Assembly (NCBI GenBank): GCA_034423575.1
Contig: DAOUIF010000013.1
Location: forward strand, 2,367 to 66,366
Direction: 5' to 3'
DNA length: 64,000 bases
Source of the DNA: Dehalococcoidia bacterium
GTDB lineage: Bacteria; Chloroflexota; Dehalococcoidia; Lucifugimonadales; UBA3495
Part shown: positions 17,860 to 26,837 of the stretch, piece after piece
Layout: every line of letters starts with the position of its first letter
Numbering within the stretch: the stretch's first letter is position 1
The notes under the pieces: model-generated
Databases searched by the model: none
Seen by the model: only the letters and a program-made list of their open reading frames with translations
Told to the model about the DNA's origin: nothing
Translations under genes and position numbers: made by a program

Positions 17860-19284
17860 CTACCCGGCTGGCGTCGAAGCGAGTTGGCGGCCCGTCGCCC
17901 GTCCGAGGCCGAACCACAGCGTAACCAACAGGCACAGCCCGGCGGCGATGCCAATGGCGGTGGACCAGCCCACCCAGCCGGCAGCGGCGGCCAGCGGCAG
18001 CGCGCCCAGGTTATGGAACCCCGGCGTGAAGTGGAGCACTCCCATGACCCGCCCGCGTATCTCTCCGGGCGCCGACAACTGCAGGATGGTGGTGGCCAGG
18101 GGCCAGACGGTTCCCAGGCTCAAAACGCCCACCAGCAGGAACAGCGACCACGACACCCAGAACCAGTTCGACCACGCGAACAGCGTCAGGCAGGCGCAGA
18201 AAGACACCAGGCAGACCAACAGCCAGCGATACAGCCACGCCCGGTGCATGAAGGTGATGAGGAGGTTCCCCGCCAGCGAACCGACTCCGGAAGCCAGCAG
18301 CAACAGACCGGCTCCCGAAGCTTCGGTGCCCAGGTGTTCTTTGGCGAAAGGCGGGATCACCGCCAGATGGCTCATGCCGAAGCCGCCCCACGCGCAGGCC
18401 AGTACGAGAACGGTTAGCAGCACCGGCGAACGCCAGATCTGGACCATTCCGTCGGTGAAGTTCCGCAGTATTGGCTGGGTTGACGGTCTCGATTCTCGCG
18501 GTTCGGGACGGATTCGTGACACGCACACCACGCTGATCACGTAGCACGCAACGTTTGCCAGCAGGGCGGCGCTGATGCTCCAGTGGTCGATGATCGCCCC
18601 CACCAGCGGCGGACCCACGATCCTGCCGATATGCACCGCGGCGTTGAAGTGAGCCACTGCGTCCAGCAGCGTGCGCTGGTCCACCAGATCGGCAACCATT
18701 GCCACCCGCGCCGGCTGGTTCAGCGCCTGCAACGAGCCCAGCAAAGCAGCGGCTACGTAGACGTGCCAGACTGCTATGACGCCCGCCAGCGACAGCGCCG
18801 CCAGCGCTGACATCGACGCTCCCACCGCCAACTGGATGGTTATCAGCAATTTCTTGCGGTCTACGCGGTCCGCGATTACGCCGCCGACCATGAGCAGGCC
18901 GACGTTGGGCAAGCCGTAGAGGAAGAGCACCAAACCCACCTGGGTGCTCGATCCGCTGACTTCCAGCACCAGCCAGCTCAGCACGAGCATTTGGGCTCCC
19001 TGGGAGAGCGCCTGCGTGGCGGAACCCGTCCAATACCATCGGAAGTTGTGCGAGCGCCAGGGACTCAGTATCCGCACCGCGTAGGACGCGGCGCGGCCCC
19101 GGGCTTCTAGCACGGAACAGCCTCGACGGCGCCTAACGCCAAGGCCAGAGGTGTCGACCTCTGTCCGATTAGCAGTGCCGGCAATGGAGTGCGCGATTGA
19201 CTGGCCACGGGGCGATTGTAATCCATTCCATCGCAGGATGACCGCGTGGGGTATTGCGGATATTCGGGTCAGGCTGGACCTCAA
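17860..19284 (-). CDS. MFS transporter (EntS/MFS_3-like)
   Basis: Multi-TM protein with an HNFRWYWTGSATQALSQG start motif. The true start is probably downstream of the track start (for example GTG at 19113), because the first ~55 aa look non-membrane and low quality. Confidence 0.75.
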   Translation of the reverse strand: MRSSLTRISAIPHAVILRWNGLQSPRGQSIAHSIAGTANRTEVDTSGLGVRRRRGCSVLEARGRAASYAVRILSPWRSHNFRWYWTGSATQALSQGAQMLVLSWLVLEVSGSSTQVGLVLFLYGLPNVGLLMVGGVIADRVDRKKLLITIQLAVGASMSALAALSLAGVIAVWHVYVAAALLGSLQALNQPARVAMVADLVDQRTLLDAVAHFNAAVHIGRIVGPPLVGAIIDHWSISAALLANVACYVISVVCVSRIRPEPRESRPSTQPILRNFTDGMVQIWRSPVLLTVLVLACAWGGFGMSHLAVIPPFAKEHLGTEASGAGLLLLASGVGSLAGNLLITFMHRAWLYRWLLVCLVSFCACLTLFAWSNWFWVSWSLFLLVGVLSLGTVWPLATTILQLSAPGEIRGRVMGVLHFTPGFHNLGALPLAAAAGWVGWSTAIGIAAGLCLLVTLWFGLGRATGRQLASTPAG

Positions 19285-19416
19285 TCATCGCTCCGGGCGC
19301 AGGCGCCAATTCCAGCGGTTTCGCGTCGTTGCCATTTGTGCGTATTCGCATCGGCGATATTCGAGCCACGGGTTTGAACCCGTACATTCCCGTATATGTT
19401 TTCGCAATAGAAAACA

Positions 19417-19445
19417 TTGACGAATTGAGCCATTCAGGCTAGCAT
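19417..19445 (+). promoter_or_regulatory. putative sigma-70-type promoter (TTGACG-17-TAGCAT)
   Basis: Spacing and hexamers read directly from the sequence. It lies about 150 nt upstream of the DUF1800 start. Confidence 0.4.
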
Positions 19446-19598
19446 GGCGCGCAAATTAACGATTTGCTGCCAACCGCCGTTGCGCGCCCACCAAAACGGC
19501 CGTTCCGGCGTGCTCGGAAGCCAGTCCCGGTAGGAAAACCAACCGCCGGGTAGTTGGCAGTGGCTCGGTCGAAAAACGCGAAATCAGGAGGTAACAGG

Positions 19599-21005
19599 AT
19601 GGCAGAAAAAGACATCGCTTTGATGGCGCACCTCATGCGCCGCGCCGGGTTTGGTGCAACGTATGAGGAGCTGGAGGCACGCGCCGAGAAAGGCTACGAG
19701 GCCACGGTCGAGGAGTTGCTCAACCCGGAGAGCCAGCCGGCGATCCAGGACGACATCCTGATGCGTTATCAGCCGCAGTGGGTCTCGAAGGCGGGCCTCG
19801 AGGGCCAGCAGGAAGAGTGGACCTACCGGATGATCAACACCAAGCGGCCGCTTGAAGAAAAGATCGCCCTGTTCTGGCACCATATCTTCTGCACGGGCCA
19901 CGCCAAGTGCGAGTACCCCAAGCAGCAGAATATCGAGCTCGACATGTTCCGCACCCTCGGGTTCGGCAACTTCGAGGAACTGCTCATGGGCCTGTCCATG
20001 GACCCGGCCATGGTGTTCTACCTGGACAACTGCATGAGCCACAAGGACGCCATCAACGAGAACTGGGGCCGCGAGCTGCTGGAACTGTTCTCCCTGGGCG
20101 TCGGCATGGACGGTGACGCGAACTACTCCGAGGACGACGTCAAGGAAGCGGCGCGCGCATTCACCGGCTGGACGGTAACGAACTCGATCCCGCGCTATCC
20201 GTACGGCAAGTACGAGGCCGCATTCATCTACGATCCGTCCGACCACGACTACACCGCAAAGACCTTCCTGGGCGAGACCGGAAACTGGAACGGCGAGGAC
20301 ATCGTGCGCATCGTCGCCCGGCAGCCGGCCGCGGCTCGGTTCGTCGCCCGTCATATGTACAATTTCTTCGTCGCTGACGAGCCGCAGGTTCCCGCCTGGC
20401 AGAACACTCCGCCGCGTGACCCGGAAGCGATCAAGATGCTCGAGCACGAGTACTTCCGCTCCGGCTACGACATCCGGTCGATGCTGCGCGTGCTGTTCAA
20501 CTCGGACTTCTTCAAGAATGCCCGGTTCGAGAAGGTGAAGAGCCCCACCGAGACCGTGGTCAGCACCATGCGCCTGGTCGGCGATTTCGACATGCCCAGG
20601 CCCGGCCTGAACGCCATGACCCTGACCATCCGGTACATGGGCCAGGACTTGCTCAACCCGCCCACCGTGGAGGGCTGGCACACCGGCCGCGAGTGGATCG
20701 ACAGCGGCACCCTGGTCGAGCGGATCAACTTCACCGCCGACGCCGTGGGCGACACTTCCCACCGCGGAGTCCAAGCGATCATCAATCGGTTGGGATCCCA
20801 GGGCGACACCATTTCGTCCGCGCAACTGGTGGACGGCTGCCTGCAACTGCTCGGCCACTACGAGTTGGCCGATGTCACCCGCAACGAGTTGGTTGCGCTG
20901 GCTGACAGCGAAGGCGAGCTGCGGACCGGCACCGACGAGTTCGGGCAGCGCGTCGGTCAGATGCTGCAGTCCATCGTGGCGACCACCGAGTACCTGTTCG
21001 AGTAA
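19599..21005 (+). CDS. DUF1800 domain protein
   Basis: HLMRRAGFGAT..., YLDN...NENWGRELLELFSLGVG...YSEDDVKEAARAFTGW. AGGAGG RBS before the ATG at 19599. Confidence 0.85.
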   Translation: MAEKDIALMAHLMRRAGFGATYEELEARAEKGYEATVEELLNPESQPAIQDDILMRYQPQWVSKAGLEGQQEEWTYRMINTKRPLEEKIALFWHHIFCTGHAKCEYPKQQNIELDMFRTLGFGNFEELLMGLSMDPAMVFYLDNCMSHKDAINENWGRELLELFSLGVGMDGDANYSEDDVKEAARAFTGWTVTNSIPRYPYGKYEAAFIYDPSDHDYTAKTFLGETGNWNGEDIVRIVARQPAAARFVARHMYNFFVADEPQVPAWQNTPPRDPEAIKMLEHEYFRSGYDIRSMLRVLFNSDFFKNARFEKVKSPTETVVSTMRLVGDFDMPRPGLNAMTLTIRYMGQDLLNPPTVEGWHTGREWIDSGTLVERINFTADAVGDTSHRGVQAIINRLGSQGDTISSAQLVDGCLQLLGHYELADVTRNELVALADSEGELRTGTDEFGQRVGQMLQSIVATTEYLFE

Positions 21006-21023
21006 CCAAAAAGGGGGAATGAT

Positions 21024-22157
21024 ATGACATCCACCAAGAAAGATCCGGTGCTGGTGGTCCTCCAGTTGTCGGGGGGTAACGACGGCCTGAACACCATCGT
21101 TCCTTACGGCGACCCACTGTATCTGGACAACCGGCCCAACGTGCGGATACCTGTCGACCAGGTTCTGCCGATCAACGATCGCATCGGCTTCAACCCGGCC
21201 ATGGCGCCCATGAAGCGGCTGTACGACGAGGGCAAGGTCGCCATCATCCAGGGCGTCGGCTACCCGAATCCCAGCCGTTCCCACTTCCGCTCCATGGACA
21301 TCTGGCACACCTGTGAGCCGGACAAGGTCGGAGACGAGGGCTGGCTGGGCCGCGCCGTGCGCGACCTGGACCCTGAAAAGTCAAACGTGCTGACCGGCGT
21401 CAACTTCGGCCGCGGTCTCCCGCGCTCGCTGGTGGCCCCGGGAGTACCCGTCGCCTCCGTGGGCAACCTGGAGACCTACGGCGTCCTCACCGGCATCGAG
21501 CTCGAAGAGCAGCGGACCAAGGCCCTGGACGTGTTTTCGCGCGTGTATTCGCCCATGCTGGGTCAGGGCCCGGTGCTGGACTACTTTGCCCAGACCGGCC
21601 TGGACGCTCTCGAAGGCGCCGACATCCTGAGCACCGCTCCCGCCATGTACTCCTCGTCCGTTGAGTACGGCAACGACACCGTGGCCCAGTACATGCGCAA
21701 CATCGCGCAGACGCACCTGGCCGGCTTCGGTACCCGGGTGCTCTACACCACCGCGCCGTACAACAGCTTCGACACCCACGCCGGGGAGTTGGCCAACCAC
21801 ACTCGCCTGTGGACGGAGACGTCCCACGCGGTTGCCGACTTCTACGACGACCTCAAGGAGCACAACGCTGGCGACAACGTCGTCCTCCTGGTCTTCACCG
21901 AGTTCGGCCGCCGCGTCCACGACAACGGCTCCGGCACCGACCACGGTTCCGGCGGTGTGGCCTTCGTCGTTGGCGAGCAGGTCAAGGGCGGGCTCTACGG
22001 CGAGTACCCGTCGCTGGAGGAGAACAAGCTCCTTGAAGGCGACCTCCACTTCAACAACGACTTCCGCGGCCTGTACTCCACGCTGCTGGAGAAGTGGATG
22101 GGTTTGGATGCCCAGCCCATCGTGAACGGCTCCTTCGAGCAGATGGACATCGTATAG
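21024..22157 (+). CDS. DUF1501 domain protein (sulfatase/phosphatase-like fold)
   Basis: LSGGNDGLN, GVGYPNPSRSHFRSMDIW, FDTHA and FTEFGRR...GTDHG blocks. No RRxFL Tat signal. Confidence 0.85.
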   Translation: MTSTKKDPVLVVLQLSGGNDGLNTIVPYGDPLYLDNRPNVRIPVDQVLPINDRIGFNPAMAPMKRLYDEGKVAIIQGVGYPNPSRSHFRSMDIWHTCEPDKVGDEGWLGRAVRDLDPEKSNVLTGVNFGRGLPRSLVAPGVPVASVGNLETYGVLTGIELEEQRTKALDVFSRVYSPMLGQGPVLDYFAQTGLDALEGADILSTAPAMYSSSVEYGNDTVAQYMRNIAQTHLAGFGTRVLYTTAPYNSFDTHAGELANHTRLWTETSHAVADFYDDLKEHNAGDNVVLLVFTEFGRRVHDNGSGTDHGSGGVAFVVGEQVKGGLYGEYPSLEENKLLEGDLHFNNDFRGLYSTLLEKWMGLDAQPIVNGSFEQMDIV

Positions 22158-22176
22158 CCGGCGCAGGGAGGCGATT

Positions 22177-23211
22177 ATGGTTACAGCTCAAAGGTATTCC
22201 CAGGTCCAGCTGCAGTACAGCCACACCATCGGTCGTGGCGAGCAGTTCGGCCCGGGTTTCACGTATCCAATTCACATGGCTCGAGGCGAAGACGACCTGA
22301 TGTACGTGCTCTGCCGGTCTTCCGAATACCGGCCCGAGGGCACCCGCGTCACGGTTTGCACCGTCGATGAGGAGTACGTCAACGCCTTCGCGCGCGGCGT
22401 GCCTCAGCAGGGGCCCCACGAGTACAACTTCGAGGACGGCTCGCTGGTCTGGCCGGTCAACGTGGCCATCGCCAGCGACGGGACCGTCTATGTCTCCGAC
22501 GAGTGGCTCCACCGGATCTCCAAGTTCACCCGCGATGGCGAGTACATCGGCAAGTGGCAGGAGAACATCGGCAGCGGCGACGGTCAGCTTGACCGGCCCT
22601 CCGGGTTGGCCATCGACGCCGACGACAACGTCTGGGTCGTCGACGGCAACAACCACCGGGTGCAGAAGTTCACGCCCGACGGACAGTTCTTGATGAAGTT
22701 CGGGAGCCAAGGCTCCGGCGACGGCGAATTGGACCAGCCCTGGGGCATCGACATCGACAGCCAGGGCAACATCTACATCGCCGACTGGCGCAACGACCGC
22801 ATCCAGAAGTTCAGCCCGTCCGGCGACTTCCTGATGAAGTTCGGCTCCTCGGGATCCGGCGAAGGCGAGTTCAATCGCCCGGCCGACGTGGCCGTTGACA
22901 AGGACGGCATCATCTACGTTGCCGACTGGTTGAACGACCGGCTGCAATACTTCGATCCGGATGGCAACTTCTGCGGGTTGCAGACCGGAGAAGCCACCGT
23001 CTCCAAGTGGGGCAAGGACAAGCTGGACGCCAACCCCGAGATGTGGGGCGAGCGCGACCGGGCTCCTGGCCTCGAGCGCGAGCGGGACTTCTGGGCGCCC
23101 ACCGGCGTCGCAGTGGACGAGCACAACCGCGTGTTCGTCTGCGAGGGCCCGCGCAACCGCATCCAGGTGTTCCAGAAGCAGGGCCTCATGTTCATGGGAC
23201 CGCGTCTGTAA
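22177..23211 (+). CDS. NHL-repeat six-bladed beta-propeller protein
   Basis: Repeated (F/L)xxPxG(L/I)A(I/V)Dxxgn(I/V)(Y/W)V(A/V)Dxxn(H/D)R(I/V)QKF units. Confidence 0.85.
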   Translation: MVTAQRYSQVQLQYSHTIGRGEQFGPGFTYPIHMARGEDDLMYVLCRSSEYRPEGTRVTVCTVDEEYVNAFARGVPQQGPHEYNFEDGSLVWPVNVAIASDGTVYVSDEWLHRISKFTRDGEYIGKWQENIGSGDGQLDRPSGLAIDADDNVWVVDGNNHRVQKFTPDGQFLMKFGSQGSGDGELDQPWGIDIDSQGNIYIADWRNDRIQKFSPSGDFLMKFGSSGSGEGEFNRPADVAVDKDGIIYVADWLNDRLQYFDPDGNFCGLQTGEATVSKWGKDKLDANPEMWGERDRAPGLERERDFWAPTGVAVDEHNRVFVCEGPRNRIQVFQKQGLMFMGPRL

Positions 23212-23357
23212 AGCCTGCGCGCACCGGACAGCGCTGGGGCCTCCGCTCCGGCCGGGCCGCTACCGGGTGCACCGGAGGTCCGGCTCTGGACGGAGGCCCC
23301 GTCGCGTGATAATAGGTTTGACTAGCGATCACCTGATTCCAGGAGGCGGCTTGAGCC

Positions 23358-24113
23358 ATGCCCATCACCGTAGCCCATATCCCCAACCTGGAGTGCGAAG
23401 CCTTCTACTTTGACATGGAACGCCGGGGCATCATCCTGGCCGACATGGAACCCAACGAAGTTGCGGGCGCCCTGGAACGTGGCGAAGTGGCCGCCGGGCC
23501 GGTGTCCTTGCTGGACATCGAGCGGTTGTCGAGCCTAGCATCAGCGATCTCCGGCTTCTGCGTAGCATCGGTGACCAGGGCCCCATCGTGTGTTCTCCTG
23601 TCCAACGCTCCGGTGAAGGAGCTGAGCGGCCTCCCCATCGCTGTGAACGATCCCGATCCGACGTGTCTGCAACTGCTCCGATTGCTTCTGAGCCAGAAGC
23701 ACGGCGTCAGCGGCACCACGTTCGTCGGACGGGAGGAGGAGCACGAAGCGATCTTCCTCACCGGCAACCAGGGACTGCGGGGTCGCCGGGCGGTGCGCGG
23801 ATACTCGGAGCGATACGACCTGGGGGAGGAGTGGGCCGAATGGACCGGCCTGCCCTTCGTGTTCAGCAAATGGCTCGCCCGCAGCGACATGGAAAGGCAG
23901 GACTTCGTTGTCGTGCAGGATGCGCTGTTCGTCGGCCAGGAAGACTGGATGAACAACCTCTACAAGTCCACTGGACCACGCAACGACCTGCTGATGCTGC
24001 CACGCGAGGTGCTCGAATACGTGCAGAACATGCGATTTTTCATGGGTGTGCCTGAAGAAAAGGCCATCGAACTGTTCCAGGACAAGCTGGCCCTGCTCGG
24101 CCCCGCCGACTAG
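23358..24113 (+). CDS. MqnA/MqnD/SBP-fold family protein (MqnA-like chorismate dehydratase homologue)
   Basis: YDLGEEWAEWTGLPFVFSKWLAR and GEVAAGPVSLLDIERL resemble MqnA blocks as I recall them. CAGGAGG RBS. Confidence 0.55.
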   Translation: MPITVAHIPNLECEAFYFDMERRGIILADMEPNEVAGALERGEVAAGPVSLLDIERLSSLASAISGFCVASVTRAPSCVLLSNAPVKELSGLPIAVNDPDPTCLQLLRLLLSQKHGVSGTTFVGREEEHEAIFLTGNQGLRGRRAVRGYSERYDLGEEWAEWTGLPFVFSKWLARSDMERQDFVVVQDALFVGQEDWMNNLYKSTGPRNDLLMLPREVLEYVQNMRFFMGVPEEKAIELFQDKLALLGPAD

Positions 24114-24212
24114 CCGTCCGCGCTTTTCGGCTGAAGACAACGGCACCGCGTCGGCGGAATACAGCGTTACGCCGTCGACTGCGTTCCGAATCATATCCAC
24201 TCGCGGAGGTTG

Positions 24213-24950
24213 ATGATGGTACTCGTTGGACAGGAACTCGAAACCGGCACGATCCAGTACACCAGCCGCGACGGCACAACCGTAGACGCCTTCTACAGTC
24301 GCCCGGCCGGCGCCGGATCATATCCCGGCGTCATCGTCACCATGGAAGGCATGGGCCTGATGGACCATCACAAGGACATTGCGGTGCGTTTCGCCGGACA
24401 AGGCTTTCTGGCAATCGCCCCGGACCTCTACACTCGGGAGGGAACGCCCGAGCCGGAAAACGTGCTGGCCACGCTTTTCGCCTCTCCTGACGCCCGCGCC
24501 ATGGACGACCTGGAAGGGGCCGCCCTGTTCCTCAAATCGCAGGCCGACTGCAACGGCAGGGTGGGCATCATCGGCTTTTGCTCCGGCGGACGTTACACCT
24601 TGATGATGGCCTGCACCAGCAGCAACATCGACGCGGCGGTGGACTCGGCCGGGGGACACATCGTTCACGAACCCACTGAGTTGCGGCCGGTTCAGCCCAT
24701 GGACATGCTGCCCGATCTGGCCTGTCCCCTGCTGGCGCTATTCGGCGTGGAAGACGAGAACCCCACCGCGGAACAGGCCGAACAGATGAAGGCGCTGTTG
24801 AACCAGCACGGCAAGGTCTACGAGTGGGTTATGTACAACAACGCCGGCCACGCCTTCTTCGCCGACTACCGGCCCAGCTACCGCGCCGCGCCCGCGCAGG
24901 ATATGTGGCACCGGGTGCTCCTGTTCTACGACCGGCATTTGAAGCAGTAG
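24213..24950 (+). CDS. dienelactone hydrolase family protein
   Basis: GFCSGG nucleophile motif and AGHAFF His motif; GGAGG RBS. The start is ATG at 24213 or 24216 (track TTG at 24210). Confidence 0.85.
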   Translation: MMVLVGQELETGTIQYTSRDGTTVDAFYSRPAGAGSYPGVIVTMEGMGLMDHHKDIAVRFAGQGFLAIAPDLYTREGTPEPENVLATLFASPDARAMDDLEGAALFLKSQADCNGRVGIIGFCSGGRYTLMMACTSSNIDAAVDSAGGHIVHEPTELRPVQPMDMLPDLACPLLALFGVEDENPTAEQAEQMKALLNQHGKVYEWVMYNNAGHAFFADYRPSYRAAPAQDMWHRVLLFYDRHLKQ

Positions 24951-24999
24951 CCGTCGAAGCTCACGCACTCACCTCGGCGCCTGCTCGGGAGGTAAACGG

Positions 25000-26775
25000 A
25001 TGGGCCAATCTCACGGCGCCGACGGCATCGCCTGGCGCGACTGGAACGAGGAAGCATTCCAGGCTTCACGATCCGAAGACAAGCCGGTGCTGCTCACCCT
25101 GGGAGCCACCTGGTGCCACTGGTGCCACGTGATGGACGAGACCGCTTATTCCGACCCGCGGGTGATCGAGTTGATCAACTCCCGCTTCATCCCGGTGCGG
25201 GTCGACATCGACCAGCGGCCGGACATCTCGCTGCGGTACAACCAGGGCACCTATCCCTCAGTGGCCTTTCTGACGCCGGAAGGAGAGTTCCTGGCCGGAC
25301 TACCCTACACCCCGGCCGACGAGATGGCCGCCGTGCTGGAGCAGATATCCAGCGGCGAGATTGTCAAGGAAGCATCCAGACCTGCCACCACAGCCGCGCC
25401 GACCGACCACGGAAACACCGCTTCCGTGAAATCCGTTCACGAACGGCTGCAGGATCTGTACGACGAAGAATTCGGAGGATTTGGCGCAGAACCCAAGCAG
25501 CCACCGTGGGAGGCGCTGGAATTCCTTGCCGCCCGCCACGGCCTCACCGGCGATCGCGCCATGTTGGGAATGGTTGAAACCACTCTCCGTGGCATGTGGC
25601 ACGGCATCTACGACCGCAAGGATCACGGGTTCTTCCGATATGCGGTGAGCCGCGACTGGAAGGTGCCGCACTACGAGAAGATGCTGGTCACCAACACCAA
25701 CCTGGCGATGGCTTACCTGGAAGCGTTCCAGATCACCCGAACATCGTTCTACAGAACCGCTGTCGACGGGGTGCTCGACTATCTGTTGACCACCCTGTTC
25801 AGTCCCAACGACGCACTGTTCTTCGCCAGCCAAGACGCCGATGAACCCTTTTACCAGGGATCCTGGAAAGACCGGGACGCAAGCGTCCCGCCTCCGATCG
25901 ACCACACCCTCTACGCCGGATGGAACGCTTTGACGGCCGAGGCTTTGATCCAGGCCGGCGACGTGCTGAACCGCGCGTCGGTCGGCCGGATGGGGGCCAA
26001 CATCCTGGACAAACTGTGGCTTGAAAGCCGGAGTGCAGGGGGCGGCCTCAGTCGCTGTGCCGGCGAAACTGACGGCGCCGCTCCCGCCTTCATCGACCAG
26101 GTTTATTTCCTGCGGGCGTGGTTGGCACGCTACCAGTCCACCGGCCGGCAGGAGTATCTGAGCCGGGCCGTCCAGGTGGCCACGACCGCGCAGCGCATTT
26201 TCGGCGCGCCGGAAGGCGGCTGCTACGACACTGCTGCGCCGCAATCCTTTGAAGCCGGGTTTCTGCGACGAGAGCAGCCGGTTCTGGACAACAGTTGTTG
26301 GGCCGAGGCGCTCCTGGTCCTGTCACACCTGACTGCCGACGAAGGTTATACGCAGTGGGCTGCGGCCGCGCTGAAGATCTTCGAGCCGGTGGTTCCCGGC
26401 AGCAGCTACCTGGGCAACCACGCCTCGCGCCGCATGGAAGAAGACGAGGAAGCCCTGTTCCTGCCGGCAGGATCGGCTTGGGGACGGGCCAAGAGCCTAT
26501 TGACCCACGGCCCGGTCAGCATGGTGCTGGTGGGCGACGCGACCGATCCTTCCTACCGACCGCTGCACCGGGCTGCCCTTCGGATACATGCGCCGCACAA
26601 GGTGGTGCTGCCGCTGGACATCGAAGCGGATTACGTGCGCGTACGCGAGTTGGGGTTCCCGGTTCGCCGGGAGCCTGCGCTCTACGCGTGCATGGGGGAG
26701 AGTTGCCTCGCCCCGATCAACACGGCCCAAGGTGTCCGGGAAATGGCCCGCTCCCGACCCTGGGCCATAGAATAA
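25000..26775 (+). CDS. thioredoxin-domain (DUF255/YyaL-like) protein
   Basis: KPVLLTLGATWCHWCHVMDETAYSDPRVIELINSRFIPVRVDIDQRPDI followed by a long alpha/alpha-toroid-like C-terminus. Confidence 0.8.
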   Translation: MGQSHGADGIAWRDWNEEAFQASRSEDKPVLLTLGATWCHWCHVMDETAYSDPRVIELINSRFIPVRVDIDQRPDISLRYNQGTYPSVAFLTPEGEFLAGLPYTPADEMAAVLEQISSGEIVKEASRPATTAAPTDHGNTASVKSVHERLQDLYDEEFGGFGAEPKQPPWEALEFLAARHGLTGDRAMLGMVETTLRGMWHGIYDRKDHGFFRYAVSRDWKVPHYEKMLVTNTNLAMAYLEAFQITRTSFYRTAVDGVLDYLLTTLFSPNDALFFASQDADEPFYQGSWKDRDASVPPPIDHTLYAGWNALTAEALIQAGDVLNRASVGRMGANILDKLWLESRSAGGGLSRCAGETDGAAPAFIDQVYFLRAWLARYQSTGRQEYLSRAVQVATTAQRIFGAPEGGCYDTAAPQSFEAGFLRREQPVLDNSCWAEALLVLSHLTADEGYTQWAAAALKIFEPVVPGSSYLGNHASRRMEEDEEALFLPAGSAWGRAKSLLTHGPVSMVLVGDATDPSYRPLHRAALRIHAPHKVVLPLDIEADYVRVRELGFPVRREPALYACMGESCLAPINTAQGVREMARSRPWAIE

Positions 26776-26782
26776 AACACCC

Positions 26783-26800
26783 CGGCGGGCCATCCCGCCG
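26783..26800. terminator. short GC hairpin between convergent genes (possible bidirectional terminator)
   Basis: CGGCGGG-ccat-CCCGCCG, 8 nt after the stop at 26775. No clear U-tract. Confidence 0.4.
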
Positions 26801-26837
26801 AGGCGTACAAGTACCGACCGTTCCTGTCAACCCTCGG

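Noticed and set aside
19340-19440. tRNA-like T-arm on the minus strand (ACGGG-TTCAAAC-CCCGT around 19367-19383) plus a nearby GTTTTC/GAAAAC hairpin
   Set aside because: The T-loop matches the TTCRANN consensus. However, I could not build a 7-bp acceptor stem, the D-arm loop is too short, and the candidate anticodon loop lacks U33. It is at best a coincidental or degenerate fragment.
23236-23300. Long imperfect hairpin (GGGGCCTCCG...CGGAGGCCCC with inner CTCCGG/CCGGAG) after the NHL gene
   Set aside because: It is probably just a GC-rich terminator-like structure. There is no U-tract, no second copy in the window, and nothing suggesting an RNA gene.
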